A stretch of 64,000 bases of DNA. Source: an uncultured virus (IMG/VR IMGVR_UViG_3300003478_000003). Lineage: Duplodnaviria; Heunggongvirae; Uroviricota; Caudoviricetes. Shown in pieces: positions 9,644 to 17,410 of the stretch (its first letter is position 1; each line of letters starts with the position of its first letter). Made by a program: the position numbers and the translations under genes. The notes beneath the pieces are model-generated. The model worked only from the letters and a program-made list of their open reading frames with translations. It made no database searches and was not told where the DNA came from. Location: IMG/VR virus record IMGVR_UViG_3300003478_000003, positions 1 to 64,000 of that record; one strand, written 5' to 3'.

Positions 9644-10364
9644 CAGAGGTGAAGAAGCCTTACCATTCTCTATTCAAACAATAGGCAAAAATGGCAGTAC
9701 AAGATTACACAAGTGGTTAAATCATTATCAATTTTCAAATTGTACTTATGATCAAGTAGTAAATTCACAATATCATAAAGATAATATTGTATATATTTTT
9801 ATTCAAGATCCAGTAGTAAAATTTATAAAAGGATTTTCTGAAATGATTAGTAATTTACGTCCAGCATACGAAGTTGGTGCTATTAATAATCAACCTAGAG
9901 TTGTGCAAGCACATAGTAGTACAGCACATATTATCTTTAAAGAAATATTGACTAAAATGTCTGAAGAGACGATGGAAGTATTTTTATTTCAGTTTTTACA
10001 GCATATAGATATGTATAAATTTGATTATCATGTTGAATTACAAACAAAAATTATAGCATACGTATCTAATGCGGGCCTTGATTTTGAAGTATTATCTATA
10101 TCTGACATTGATAACTTTCATAATATAGTCAAAGAAAAACACGCAAAGCATTTTGCTGAACGTGTTGATGGTCTGGCGAATGGTTTAATACCCATTGATC
10201 CAGAGCGTATTGAGAAAAATGCTAGGCTATTGATAGAAGATATAACACAATCATTAGTATATAAACATATTGACGGTGAATTATCTAATATTAAAGAATA
10301 TTTACAACCAGATATTGGATTATGGCAAATATTTAAAAACCAAACCACTTCATCCACATACTAA
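9621..10364 (+). CDS. sulfotransferase family 2-like protein
   Basis: GKNGST (5'-PSB-like), QDPVVKFIKGF (3'-PB-like), DYHVELQ. Confidence 0.5.
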   Translation: MQQIWTHDRGEEALPFSIQTIGKNGSTRLHKWLNHYQFSNCTYDQVVNSQYHKDNIVYIFIQDPVVKFIKGFSEMISNLRPAYEVGAINNQPRVVQAHSSTAHIIFKEILTKMSEETMEVFLFQFLQHIDMYKFDYHVELQTKIIAYVSNAGLDFEVLSISDIDNFHNIVKEKHAKHFAERVDGLANGLIPIDPERIEKNARLLIEDITQSLVYKHIDGELSNIKEYLQPDIGLWQIFKNQTTSSTY

Positions 10365-10518
10365 TAAAAATATGTCCAATCATAAAAATTATTGGAACTC
10401 CAATAATAACAAATATTGCTATTACTGTTACTTTAAAAGTTGTTTTGGTTTTAAATATAAGAAACAATGCCCATATTAATATTAATGTTGCAAAAATTTC
10501 ACCACCGGTGGCATTCAT
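10333..10518 (-). CDS. small 2-TM membrane protein
   Basis: Two hydrophobic helices; GAGGAG RBS upstream. Confidence 0.55.
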   Translation of the reverse strand: MNATGGEIFATLILIWALFLIFKTKTTFKVTVIAIFVIIGVPIIFMIGHIFISMWMKWFGF

Positions 10519-10539
10519 AATAAATTTGTGGACACTCCT

Positions 10540-11769
10540 CTAAACAGGACGCTTAACAAGAACTACCTTGTCATTCTTACCTGTCTTCATACTGCCATGA
10601 AGTATTTTTAAATGGTCGCAAACAAGAAGATCATCTTTGGTTAATCTATAAGTATGTTGCCAACCTGACCATACATTTTGTTGTACATACACCAATGCGG
10701 CAAAAAATTCAGTAAAATCGTTATTTGCAGACACCACTATATTCCAACCTACTTTTGGTTTACCAGACGTCCACTCATTACCTCTAGTTGCTTTAACTTC
10801 CCACTCTACATGTTTGTTTTTAGTTTTAAGTTGTGGCTCTGCGATAACATCAAAATGACTACCACCATCTGGTGCTATTGCATTGATTCCTTTTGACGTG
10901 GCTAAATTATAAACTAACCCGTCAGTAACAAATCCGGACAGCAAACCAGAGTGTACAGAAGCATCCAAATCTCTACCATAAGGGTTTCCAGATTTTGGAT
11001 CTTTATAATTTATGTTATTTTTCATTGCTCCCTTACATTCTTGTAGTAAGAGTTTCATCATTGATTTCGGAATGAGATTTGCTTGGTCTTTGATATACGG
11101 TCGATCCCTTAAAGATCTGTGTGTTGAATGATCATTTTTTTGTATCTTAGATAGTTGTGATAATAATTTTTTTCCTGTTACAAAGTCATTCTTAAATAAA
11201 TCTTTGCGGTGTTTAACCCATTCGTCTTTTGTTCGAGGGTACCCGTGTTCTAATTGGTCTGCTTGTAACCATTTTTTATAAGAAAAACCACCAAATTTAT
11301 GAAATTTTTGATCCATTAATGGAGTGCCAGGCTTCTTACCCTCCTGTTTACGATAAGCCTGCACCCACACTTTACTTTGTTTCCAATAATCATATTCTGT
11401 TCCAGTTGGTCGCATATTTGAACTAGCAATACGGTCTATCCATTCCAATTCATTATTTGGCATGTCCTTACTGTCAAGTACAATTACAGGTATTTTTTTA
11501 CAGCCAAAATGTGTAGTTAGTGCTTGAAACCGATGATGTCCACTAACCCCTATATACTTGTCTTTATGTTTATATACTTGTTTATGTTTATATACTTGAA
11601 TAGGTTCATTCATACCTTGCACTTCAATATCTAAAGCAAGTTTCTTTATATGGTCTTCATTACGTTCAGTAATCTTTCCATATATTTTAACATTTACGGG
11701 ATTAGACTCAAAATCTTTCGCATCAATCCATTCGCATGTGGCGTTTACTTTAAGAGTAGGATATTTCAT
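10540..11769 (-). CDS. ParB/Srx-like N-terminal domain fused to a PD-(D/E)xK nuclease-like C-terminal domain
   Basis: N-terminal LALDIEVQGMNEPIQV...SGHHRFQA; C-terminal FDVI...EWEVKAT. Confidence 0.6.
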   Translation of the reverse strand: MKYPTLKVNATCEWIDAKDFESNPVNVKIYGKITERNEDHIKKLALDIEVQGMNEPIQVYKHKQVYKHKDKYIGVSGHHRFQALTTHFGCKKIPVIVLDSKDMPNNELEWIDRIASSNMRPTGTEYDYWKQSKVWVQAYRKQEGKKPGTPLMDQKFHKFGGFSYKKWLQADQLEHGYPRTKDEWVKHRKDLFKNDFVTGKKLLSQLSKIQKNDHSTHRSLRDRPYIKDQANLIPKSMMKLLLQECKGAMKNNINYKDPKSGNPYGRDLDASVHSGLLSGFVTDGLVYNLATSKGINAIAPDGGSHFDVIAEPQLKTKNKHVEWEVKATRGNEWTSGKPKVGWNIVVSANNDFTEFFAALVYVQQNVWSGWQHTYRLTKDDLLVCDHLKILHGSMKTGKNDKVVLVKRPV

Positions 11770-11885
11770 ATTAGAATTTTTGCTAATGTGGCGTGTAATT
11801 TTCTATTAAAGAAAAACGTGTAATGCCAATACTAGCATTACAAGACATAACGCTTCCATTATGTTGTCCTGTGATTGAGAGTTTA

Positions 11886-11918
11886 AGAAAAGTATGGGGG
11901 GCATTGCGCCCCCCATGA
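11886..11918 (-). terminator. intrinsic terminator
   Basis: ATGGGGGGC-GCAAT-GCCCCCCAT hairpin followed by ACTTTTCTT on the minus strand, right after the 11926-12180 gene. Confidence 0.8.
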
Positions 11919-11925
11919 TTGTTGC

Positions 11926-12180
11926 TTACGCAGAACCGTTAGCAATAGCGCGGTAACCGGCGCCAACTACGGCACGTGATGCCGTACCCATTCGATACTT
12001 GTTGGACGTGCGTCCTTTTGTATCAACGCGGGCGTTGGTATAGACCGGGTGACCTTGGAAACGGAGGCTCTGAATGAGCGCNCCGGGGTTCCCAACATTC
12101 CAACGTGCAGAAATCTGCGCGGCGGTAAGTTCCTGGCCTTCCTGTAGTGCTGTGAGCACCTTTGCTGTTTTGGTTGTCAT
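11926..12180 (-). CDS. small winged-HTH DNA-binding protein
   Basis: KVLTALQEGQELTAAQI...IQSLRFQGHPVY helix-turn-helix/wing pattern; own promoter, AGGAG RBS and terminator; contains one N. Confidence 0.7.
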   Translation of the reverse strand: MTTKTAKVLTALQEGQELTAAQISARWNVGNPXALIQSLRFQGHPVYTNARVDTKGRTSNKYRMGTASRAVVGAGYRAIANGSA

Positions 12181-12266
12181 ATATGACTCCTTTTCTAAAT
12201 AGCAGATTAAGGGTCTGCCTTGCCCTATCCCACATAAAGTGGAAATCTTTACTACAACAATATACT

Positions 12267-12295
12267 ATGATACACGATCTTGGGTATATTGTCAA
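12267..12295 (-). promoter_or_regulatory. sigma70 promoter
   Basis: TTGACA-N17-TATCAT. Confidence 0.7.
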
Positions 12296-12305
12296 GTGTT
12301 TTGTG

Positions 12306-12545
12306 TTACTCTTCGATAATGTCGACGTCTTTCATCGGAAGCACGAAAGTCCATCCCTTCGCACTATCTTTAACCTCGTATACCTGTGTTTCACTATCCA
12401 TTGCTATCACAGTTCCCTCGCGGACAAGTACCTTGTCACGACTAATGGGTAAGTCAGCAAGCGAATAAAACCCGCCCGGCCGGCCAAACTCATCTATTGG
12501 GAATAACTTCTTGTAGGTACATCTTGGTGTATCATAATCACTCAT
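12306..12545 (-). CDS. hypothetical protein (SH3-like beta fold possible)
   Basis: 79-aa ORF coupled to neighbour. Confidence 0.6.
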   Translation of the reverse strand: MSDYDTPRCTYKKLFPIDEFGRPGGFYSLADLPISRDKVLVREGTVIAMDSETQVYEVKDSAKGWTFVLPMKDVDIIEE

Positions 12546-12729
12546 AACTCAAGTCCTTTTCATTTAATTCAACATGTTCAAAATGTACATCTAGTTGTGT
12601 TGCAATATCTTCTATAGGCTTACCTATATCAAGTAATGCATTTGCAATTTCTGATAATTCAATTATTGACATTATCCGGCTTAACTCACTCTGCTTCTGT
12701 GGGGCAAACACATCTATATTGGTGCTCAT
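12538..12729 (-). CDS. hypothetical protein
   Basis: 63-aa ORF in operon order. Confidence 0.55.
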   Translation of the reverse strand: MSTNIDVFAPQKQSELSRIMSIIELSEIANALLDIGKPIEDIATQLDVHFEHVELNEKDLSYE

Positions 12730-12732
12730 AAC

Positions 12733-12822
12733 TTATACCTTTAGTATTGCCATAAAAAATACTACCAACATTCCACCTACGCCCACCCATACCAGAATCT
12801 GGTCTAACATTTCAGTAGTCAT
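12733..12822 (-). CDS. 29-aa membrane peptide (not in ORF track)
   Basis: MTTEMLDQILVWVGVGGMLVVFFMAILKV; TAATG coupling with the upstream gene and fills the gap exactly. Confidence 0.55.
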   Translation of the reverse strand: MTTEMLDQILVWVGVGGMLVVFFMAILKV

Positions 12823-13265
12823 TAAAAGTTTCCAGCATCTACTTGAAACACCCGGAGTCCATTGCGCCTCCACATATCTACAACCCTTTGACGGTCATCA
12901 AACGCCATCGTAGGATTGAATCCAAACTTCTTCATATCCGTAAGCATATTTTCTTTAACTTCTGAGTCAGGCTTAAACTCCTCTTCCGTTACTCGAAACA
13001 AAGCCAAGTCAAACTCAACACCAGCATCTTTCAACTGTGTGAGCGTCAAATCCTTGTCTTGCTCAAGACGCCCTGTAGAAATAATAATACGATGCCCTGC
13101 CTCTTTCAGCAGTTTGGCCATCATTACAACATCCTTATTAGGAGTGTCGTGAATCATGTCCCTGCGAAAGGCATTAAAGTCTCTCGGCTTCTGCTCAACA
13201 TGGTGACGCCGATGGTCTATATCCATCAGCGTCCCATCAACATCAAAGATGACATCTGCCATCAT
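12822..13265 (-). CDS. HAD phosphatase (PseT/PNK 3'-phosphatase-like)
   Basis: FDVDGTL, STGR, FKPDSEVK, FDDR..VVDMWR. Confidence 0.85.
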   Translation of the reverse strand: MMADVIFDVDGTLMDIDHRRHHVEQKPRDFNAFRRDMIHDTPNKDVVMMAKLLKEAGHRIIISTGRLEQDKDLTLTQLKDAGVEFDLALFRVTEEEFKPDSEVKENMLTDMKKFGFNPTMAFDDRQRVVDMWRRNGLRVFQVDAGNF

Positions 13266-13579
13266 TAAATCTTCTCCAGCATCGTTCCCGGAACGCGCCA
13301 TGTACCGTGACCACCACAGTCAACTACTACGCGAGTCCGTTTGATTTCTACCACATGACCATTCATCTGCTTCGGGATACGGCCGCGGTTAGTCTTACGA
13401 CCACTCGTTACCATAACACGGTCACCTGTCTGTAGAACACCAATCCGTGCCTTGCCCTGGCGGCGGCGTGCCTCCATGACCAGTTTGCTTACCGCCTTCA
13501 ACTGATCCATGTTCATAGCGTCAAAGTCAACTCGATGGAGTTGGTTGATCGCTTCGTTGCTTTTCTCTTGTAAGTCCAT
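13265..13579 (-). CDS. early hypothetical protein with SH3-like C-terminus
   Basis: GDRV...GHVVEIKRTRVVVD..WRVP. Confidence 0.65.
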   Translation of the reverse strand: MDLQEKSNEAINQLHRVDFDAMNMDQLKAVSKLVMEARRRQGKARIGVLQTGDRVMVTSGRKTNRGRIPKQMNGHVVEIKRTRVVVDCGGHGTWRVPGTMLEKI

Positions 13580-13580
13580 A

Positions 13581-13745
13581 TTAATACCCTGTTAATGTTT
13601 TAAGGTTGATTTCATTTGCATCACACATCTCAATAATGTCGTCGTTAGTCATCCACTTGGCGACCATTACTACGAAATTATTAGGATCCAGTAAGCCTTC
13701 CTGTATTGCTTCACAAAGGCGTTCACGTGCGTCACGGTCTCCCAT
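13581..13745 (-). CDS. 54-aa hypothetical protein (not in ORF track)
   Basis: MGDRDARERLCEAIQEGLLDP...; GAGGT RBS; TAATG coupling and fills the gap. Confidence 0.65.
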   Translation of the reverse strand: MGDRDARERLCEAIQEGLLDPNNFVVMVAKWMTNDDIIEMCDANEINLKTLTGY

Positions 13746-14035
13746 TAGAAGTACCTCACGCGAGTATTATCAGTGTTCTCAAATTGATCTTCTTTCTCTG
13801 GGCGTATGCCAGGCTTTGACTCTTTCGGAACCTCGTCCAGTGCCAAGTAACGAAATCCTTTGTAATTGTCAGAGTCTATAAGGACCTGCTCAATCATCGT
13901 CATCACGCCTTGGCGCCAGTAGCGATCAACATCAACATATTTTGTTTCTTCTGCACTCCAACGCATGGATGCTTCAAGGGCTCGATTTGCCATACCCTTG
14001 ACATTTTCAACGTTGATTGTCTTTCTGCTTGCCAT
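13745..14035 (-). CDS. early hypothetical protein
   Basis: 96 aa; GGAG RBS; first gene after the early promoter. Confidence 0.7.
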   Translation of the reverse strand: MASRKTINVENVKGMANRALEASMRWSAEETKYVDVDRYWRQGVMTMIEQVLIDSDNYKGFRYLALDEVPKESKPGIRPEKEDQFENTDNTRVRYF

Positions 14036-14068
14036 CTATTTGCTCCAATTAATTAGCATCATACATAC

Positions 14069-14159
14069 ATTATAGCAAATTCACGTCAGAAGTCTACCTT
14101 TTTTGTGCTATAAGTGCTTGATTCTGCTGAGTTTTTAAGATTTTTGTAAGTGCTTGATT
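14069..14159 (-). promoter_or_regulatory. early promoter module with two IHF-consensus boxes
   Basis: TAGACT-N16-TATAAT; AATCAAGCACTTA at 14111 and 14147; shares CGTCAGAAGTCTACCTTTT with the 7.9 kb copy. Confidence 0.75.
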
Positions 14160-14169
14160 TTAAAGGCTT

Positions 14170-14631
14170 TTATAAATCGCTAGAATAAGCGATTTTTATA
14201 CTTTCTAAGTATTTTCCGAGATCGTGACCATTCAGATAAAACATCGTAGCCAATTTTTCGTCAAATATCGAGATATTCATATACTTCTGTAATCTGCCCA
14301 TTTTATTGACATGTATGAAATATGGGCTCGGCATACGATTATCCAAGTCCAAATATAGGCGTTGTTTCCCTGTTACTGATTCTGTGCTGAGATCGAATCG
14401 ATACTCTTTTAATTTTACTTCTTTTGTGAGTGTAAGATACCCTGGTTTTGTGAGACGCAGGCCGCTGGAACCTCTGACATTATACCACCAAAACAACGTG
14501 TATTTTCGTACATCTTCTGTAGTGCGAGGGATGTCCAAGAGATCCATAAAGTTAGTTGTATAGTCATGTTTTGATAATCTGTTACTCACCCTTCTCCACT
14601 TTCTTACCTTCTGATAGTAAGAAGACTTCAA
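14170..14631 (-). CDS. conserved phage hypothetical protein
   Basis: GLRLTKPG and LDNRMPSPYF segments; start uncertain. Confidence 0.65.
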   Translation of the reverse strand: MKSSYYQKVRKWRRVSNRLSKHDYTTNFMDLLDIPRTTEDVRKYTLFWWYNVRGSSGLRLTKPGYLTLTKEVKLKEYRFDLSTESVTGKQRLYLDLDNRMPSPYFIHVNKMGRLQKYMNISIFDEKLATMFYLNGHDLGKYLESIKIAYSSDL

Positions 14632-14875
14632 ACTTGTTAGTTTTAAATTGCTGGTTTAATTTTTTGGCTAGGTTATGTGCATGGCCTGGATTACCAAATA
14701 CAACTCGTTTGTATTTTGGTCCAGGATAATTGACGAGTAGATTGCTAGTTTTTAAATTAATAGGCTGACCGTTATAAAACACTGCCCATATACCTTCTAC
14801 TTTTAGTATTTGATCACATTTATATGTGTCTTTATTTGTATGCTCTAAAATTACTTCTGGTTTAGGCCTGCTCAT
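14582..14875 (-). CDS. conserved large-phage hypothetical protein
   Basis: MSRPKP...WAVFY...GPKYKR..F.NPGHA.NLAKKLN; AGGAG RBS. Confidence 0.75.
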   Translation of the reverse strand: MSRPKPEVILEHTNKDTYKCDQILKVEGIWAVFYNGQPINLKTSNLLVNYPGPKYKRVVFGNPGHAHNLAKKLNQQFKTNKFEVFLLSEGKKVEKGE

Positions 14876-14894
14876 TAGTTTAAGTCGCTCCTGT

Positions 14895-14922
14895 ATAGTT
14901 ATATACGTATATAACTATTTAT
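14895..14922. promoter_or_regulatory. 24-bp perfect palindrome overlapping an ATAAATA late-type promoter
   Basis: ATAGTTATATAC|GTATATAACTAT at 14895-14918; ATAAATA on the minus strand at 14916-14922. Confidence 0.65.
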
Positions 14923-14932
14923 CGTTGCTTAA

Positions 14933-15172
14933 CTAAAATTCTCCGGCGTCAAACTCTACTTCTATTACTTGGTTCTGTATGATTTCGTCTTGTAATTGTA
15001 TGATTTGCTCTTGGCAAGTGGCAATATGCGTCAAAAGAACAGCCAAAGAATGTTCTAAATCATTACAATGTTGTTTACCTATTCTTAATTCACTTTGCCC
15101 ACTATGCTTCAGTCCAGCAATTTGGTGTAATAAGTTTTCGATAGGGCGTAAATTAAGTTGTGGACTTGACAT
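14933..15172 (-). CDS. hypothetical coiled-coil protein
   Basis: 79 aa ending EVEFDAGEF. Confidence 0.65.
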   Translation of the reverse strand: MSSPQLNLRPIENLLHQIAGLKHSGQSELRIGKQHCNDLEHSLAVLLTHIATCQEQIIQLQDEIIQNQVIEVEFDAGEF

Positions 15173-15647
15173 ACTTCAATGATTCCTTTGCATCCTCTAT
15201 TGATTTATATGGACCTCTATAACCATATCTATCTAACGTAATAAGTTTTGGGCAAAATGCCGTAGTCCAACCTATTTTATTAAAGTTTATAATATAGTGC
15301 CCGGCACAGAACCAACACTTGCTATCTATACGTTTGGTAAACATTGGTAGTTTACGTGCTAGGTCAAATATTGTATTGTATCCGCTTTTGGAATTAATTG
15401 GGTAATTGTAGACTTCGTTCTCTACTTTTGTATCGCGAGTCTCTTCCTTACTAAATTTAATAAATCGTATAGGGTATTTCTCTAATAAGTTTTTCTTATT
15501 ATCAAAGGCACTCTTATGTCCGTTCTCTGTAATAACGAATGCATCACCTAATTTATTAAGCATGCCTATACTTTTTCCATCTTTAGAAAGGATCCAAAAA
15601 CGATCCTTTATTAATGGTTTTGCTATTGTGTCTTCTGTCATATTCAT
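15153..15647 (-). CDS. conserved phage hypothetical protein
   Basis: LPMFTK..SKCWFCAGHY...FCPKLITL.RY..GPY. Confidence 0.7.
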   Translation of the reverse strand: MNMTEDTIAKPLIKDRFWILSKDGKSIGMLNKLGDAFVITENGHKSAFDNKKNLLEKYPIRFIKFSKEETRDTKVENEVYNYPINSKSGYNTIFDLARKLPMFTKRIDSKCWFCAGHYIINFNKIGWTTAFCPKLITLDRYGYRGPYKSIEDAKESLKYVKSTT

Positions 15648-15657
15648 TCTCTTCTGA

Positions 15658-15840
15658 TTATCTGATTATACCTAATGCTTTTCCTATGGTGTTATCTAAC
15701 TCGTCCATAGTAGTCAAGTCTTGTTTTGCTTCTAATACTTTGCGTTTAGCATCCAAACCAAACGTCTTCTTAAACCAGATGTTTAGTCTATCGCTAATGT
15801 TTACTACTTTCCTAAACGTTTTCCTGCTAATTATTTTCAA
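15658..15840 (-). CDS. hypothetical protein
   Basis: 60-aa ORF filling the gap; non-ATG start. Confidence 0.45.
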   Translation of the reverse strand: MKIISRKTFRKVVNISDRLNIWFKKTFGLDAKRKVLEAKQDLTTMDELDNTIGKALGIIR

Positions 15841-16217
15841 AACAATTCCTTTTCTGTTAATACTTGAAACTCATACCCGTTGTCTATACAATATAGTCTA
15901 GCCGCTCTCCACTTGGCTCTGTTAACACTCCAAGATGTTTGCCACTTGGGTTTAATTTCAATAATTTTCTCAATAGTATTGCCCTCGACGTCCTTATACT
16001 TTACATAAAAGTCTGGATAGTAGTTGTGTAAACGATCGTCTTTCGGTGACACATATGGAATATGAATTGATTCGCTATCCCATTTTAATATATTCTCTGA
16101 ACGATCACAATAGATCATAAACCGTCGTTCCCACATTGACCTATATATAACATTCTTTTTATCAAGTTTAGATTTGTCTTTGGGTATATACTTTCCTTTA
16201 ATTGCGGTGTTTCTCAT
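15837..16217 (-). CDS. head completion nuclease (T4 gp4 / TnsA-N-like)
   Basis: YRSMWERRFM, WDSE..IPY, YYPDF, IEIKP, KW..A...VLTE. Confidence 0.8.
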   Translation of the reverse strand: MRNTAIKGKYIPKDKSKLDKKNVIYRSMWERRFMIYCDRSENILKWDSESIHIPYVSPKDDRLHNYYPDFYVKYKDVEGNTIEKIIEIKPKWQTSWSVNRAKWRAARLYCIDNGYEFQVLTEKELF

Positions 16218-16218
16218 T

Positions 16219-16548
16219 TTACATCCATAAGTCTGTGTAGTGCTTACCAAACAATGAAAATCCATCTTTAGTATTTTGCCAACGTTCATCAGTCCAATAG
16301 TCTATGTCACTATTTTCATCTCCAACGACACTTTCAAAAGCATAAATCATTTTGTCAATTGCATCTGCCCAATCATCAAATTCCTCAAATTCCTGTGGAT
16401 AACTTTGCGAACCATCTTGTAACTGTTCTAGAGCAGGAATAATTATCAATGCTAGTGTAAGATCTAATGCCCATGTATCCCACGGATGTATTTCTACATC
16501 AATGTCTTGAGTACCATCTTCTTGTAGCTCACCAATAATTGCTCTCAT
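16219..16548 (-). CDS. conserved phage hypothetical protein
   Basis: DTWALD.TLALII.P...W...IDKMIYAF...GF.LFGKHY..LW. Confidence 0.7.
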   Translation of the reverse strand: MRAIIGELQEDGTQDIDVEIHPWDTWALDLTLALIIIPALEQLQDGSQSYPQEFEEFDDWADAIDKMIYAFESVVGDENSDIDYWTDERWQNTKDGFSLFGKHYTDLWM

Positions 16549-16895
16549 TTTATATTCCTCGGCCTGCCGTCATCATCAAGGGCAACATTTACAAAATCCC
16601 CACACGCTACTTTGTCATTACCTACGTATACGTCAATGTGTACGGTTGCAGATGTTGTCCCTAACTTTACAATGTGTCCATAGCAAGAGACTAAATCTCC
16701 TATTTGTACACACTTAAAAAATTCTATATTATTAACTGCTCGGGTAGCACTCTTTCCTTCTGGCGCTATATGTGCAGATGCCAAGTCCATTAAACCCATA
16801 AGCCAGCCACCAAATATATCGCCCCGAGCATTGGTGTCTCGCGGCATTGCTGATACTTGTATAACTAACTTACCTAGTAATTGGTTAAAAGCCAT
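16545..16895 (-). CDS. yciA: acyl-CoA thioesterase (hotdog fold)
   Basis: MPRDTNARGDIFGGWLMGLMDLA hotdog signature; VALDDDGRPR C-terminus. Confidence 0.8.
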   Translation of the reverse strand: MAFNQLLGKLVIQVSAMPRDTNARGDIFGGWLMGLMDLASAHIAPEGKSATRAVNNIEFFKCVQIGDLVSCYGHIVKLGTTSATVHIDVYVGNDKVACGDFVNVALDDDGRPRNIK

Positions 16896-17410
16896 TTAAT
16901 TGTCCTTGGATATAATTCATGCTCCACTTTGTGTATTCGTTGTTCTAAATCGTCTAAACTATCATGATTGAGTATAGGAACTCTTGTTTGCTCTATAATA
17001 GAGCCAGTGTCCATTCCCGCGTCTACATAATGTACTGTAACGCCGGTCTCATTAATTCCTGCGTCAAATGCTTGTTTAATAGCACCCGCCCCCTTGAACT
17101 CTGGAAGTACGGATGGATGAATGTTTATTATATGAGATTCCCAGCGTTGTACAAAACCAGGGCTCAAGAGTCGCATAAAGCCGGCGAGTACTATTAAATC
17201 TATTTTATGTTCTTCACATACATTTGTTATTTTATGTTCTAATCGTTTAAGGCTAGACAATACGTATGTAGGTATTCCTGCCTCTTCTGCTCTTGTTAAT
17301 CCATAGGCATTCGGTTTGTCAGACAAAACATACTTAACAGGCAATTTTGCGTCTAGAATTGCCTGCAAGTTTGTTCCTGAACCAGATAGTAATACTACTA
17401 TTCCTGACAC
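16874..17410 (-). CDS. purN: phosphoribosylglycinamide formyltransferase
   Basis: SGSGTNLQA, LAGFMRLL, INIHPS.LP, GVTVH.V..GMDTG. Confidence 0.9.
   Translation of the reverse strand: MSGIVVLLSGSGTNLQAILDAKLPVKYVLSDKPNAYGLTRAEEAGIPTYVLSSLKRLEHKITNVCEEHKIDLIVLAGFMRLLSPGFVQRWESHIINIHPSVLPEFKGAGAIKQAFDAGINETGVTVHYVDAGMDTGSIIEQTRVPILNHDSLDDLEQRIHKVEHELYPRTIKWLLTNY

Noticed and set aside
11562..11598. 18-bp tandem duplication (QVYKHK twice) in the ParB domain
   Set aside because: An in-frame two-copy duplication, most simply slippage or an assembly artefact; no function can be supported.
7998..14159. CRISPR array or att sites from the TAAGTGCTTGA repeats
   Set aside because: Only short pairs at fixed offsets from promoters; no array periodicity, and no cas or integrase gene in the window.
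15837..16217. Tn7 TnsA transposase or mobile element
   Set aside because: The motif set and size match the T4 gp4-like head-completion nuclease; no tnsB/tnsC or terminal repeats.
16874..17410. purN as DpdN (dPreQ1 formyltransferase)
   Set aside because: It looks like a canonical PurN with the GAR-binding SGSGTN loop and lies outside the que cluster. No queC/queF is visible to make preQ1. Revisit if these genes occur elsewhere in the genome.
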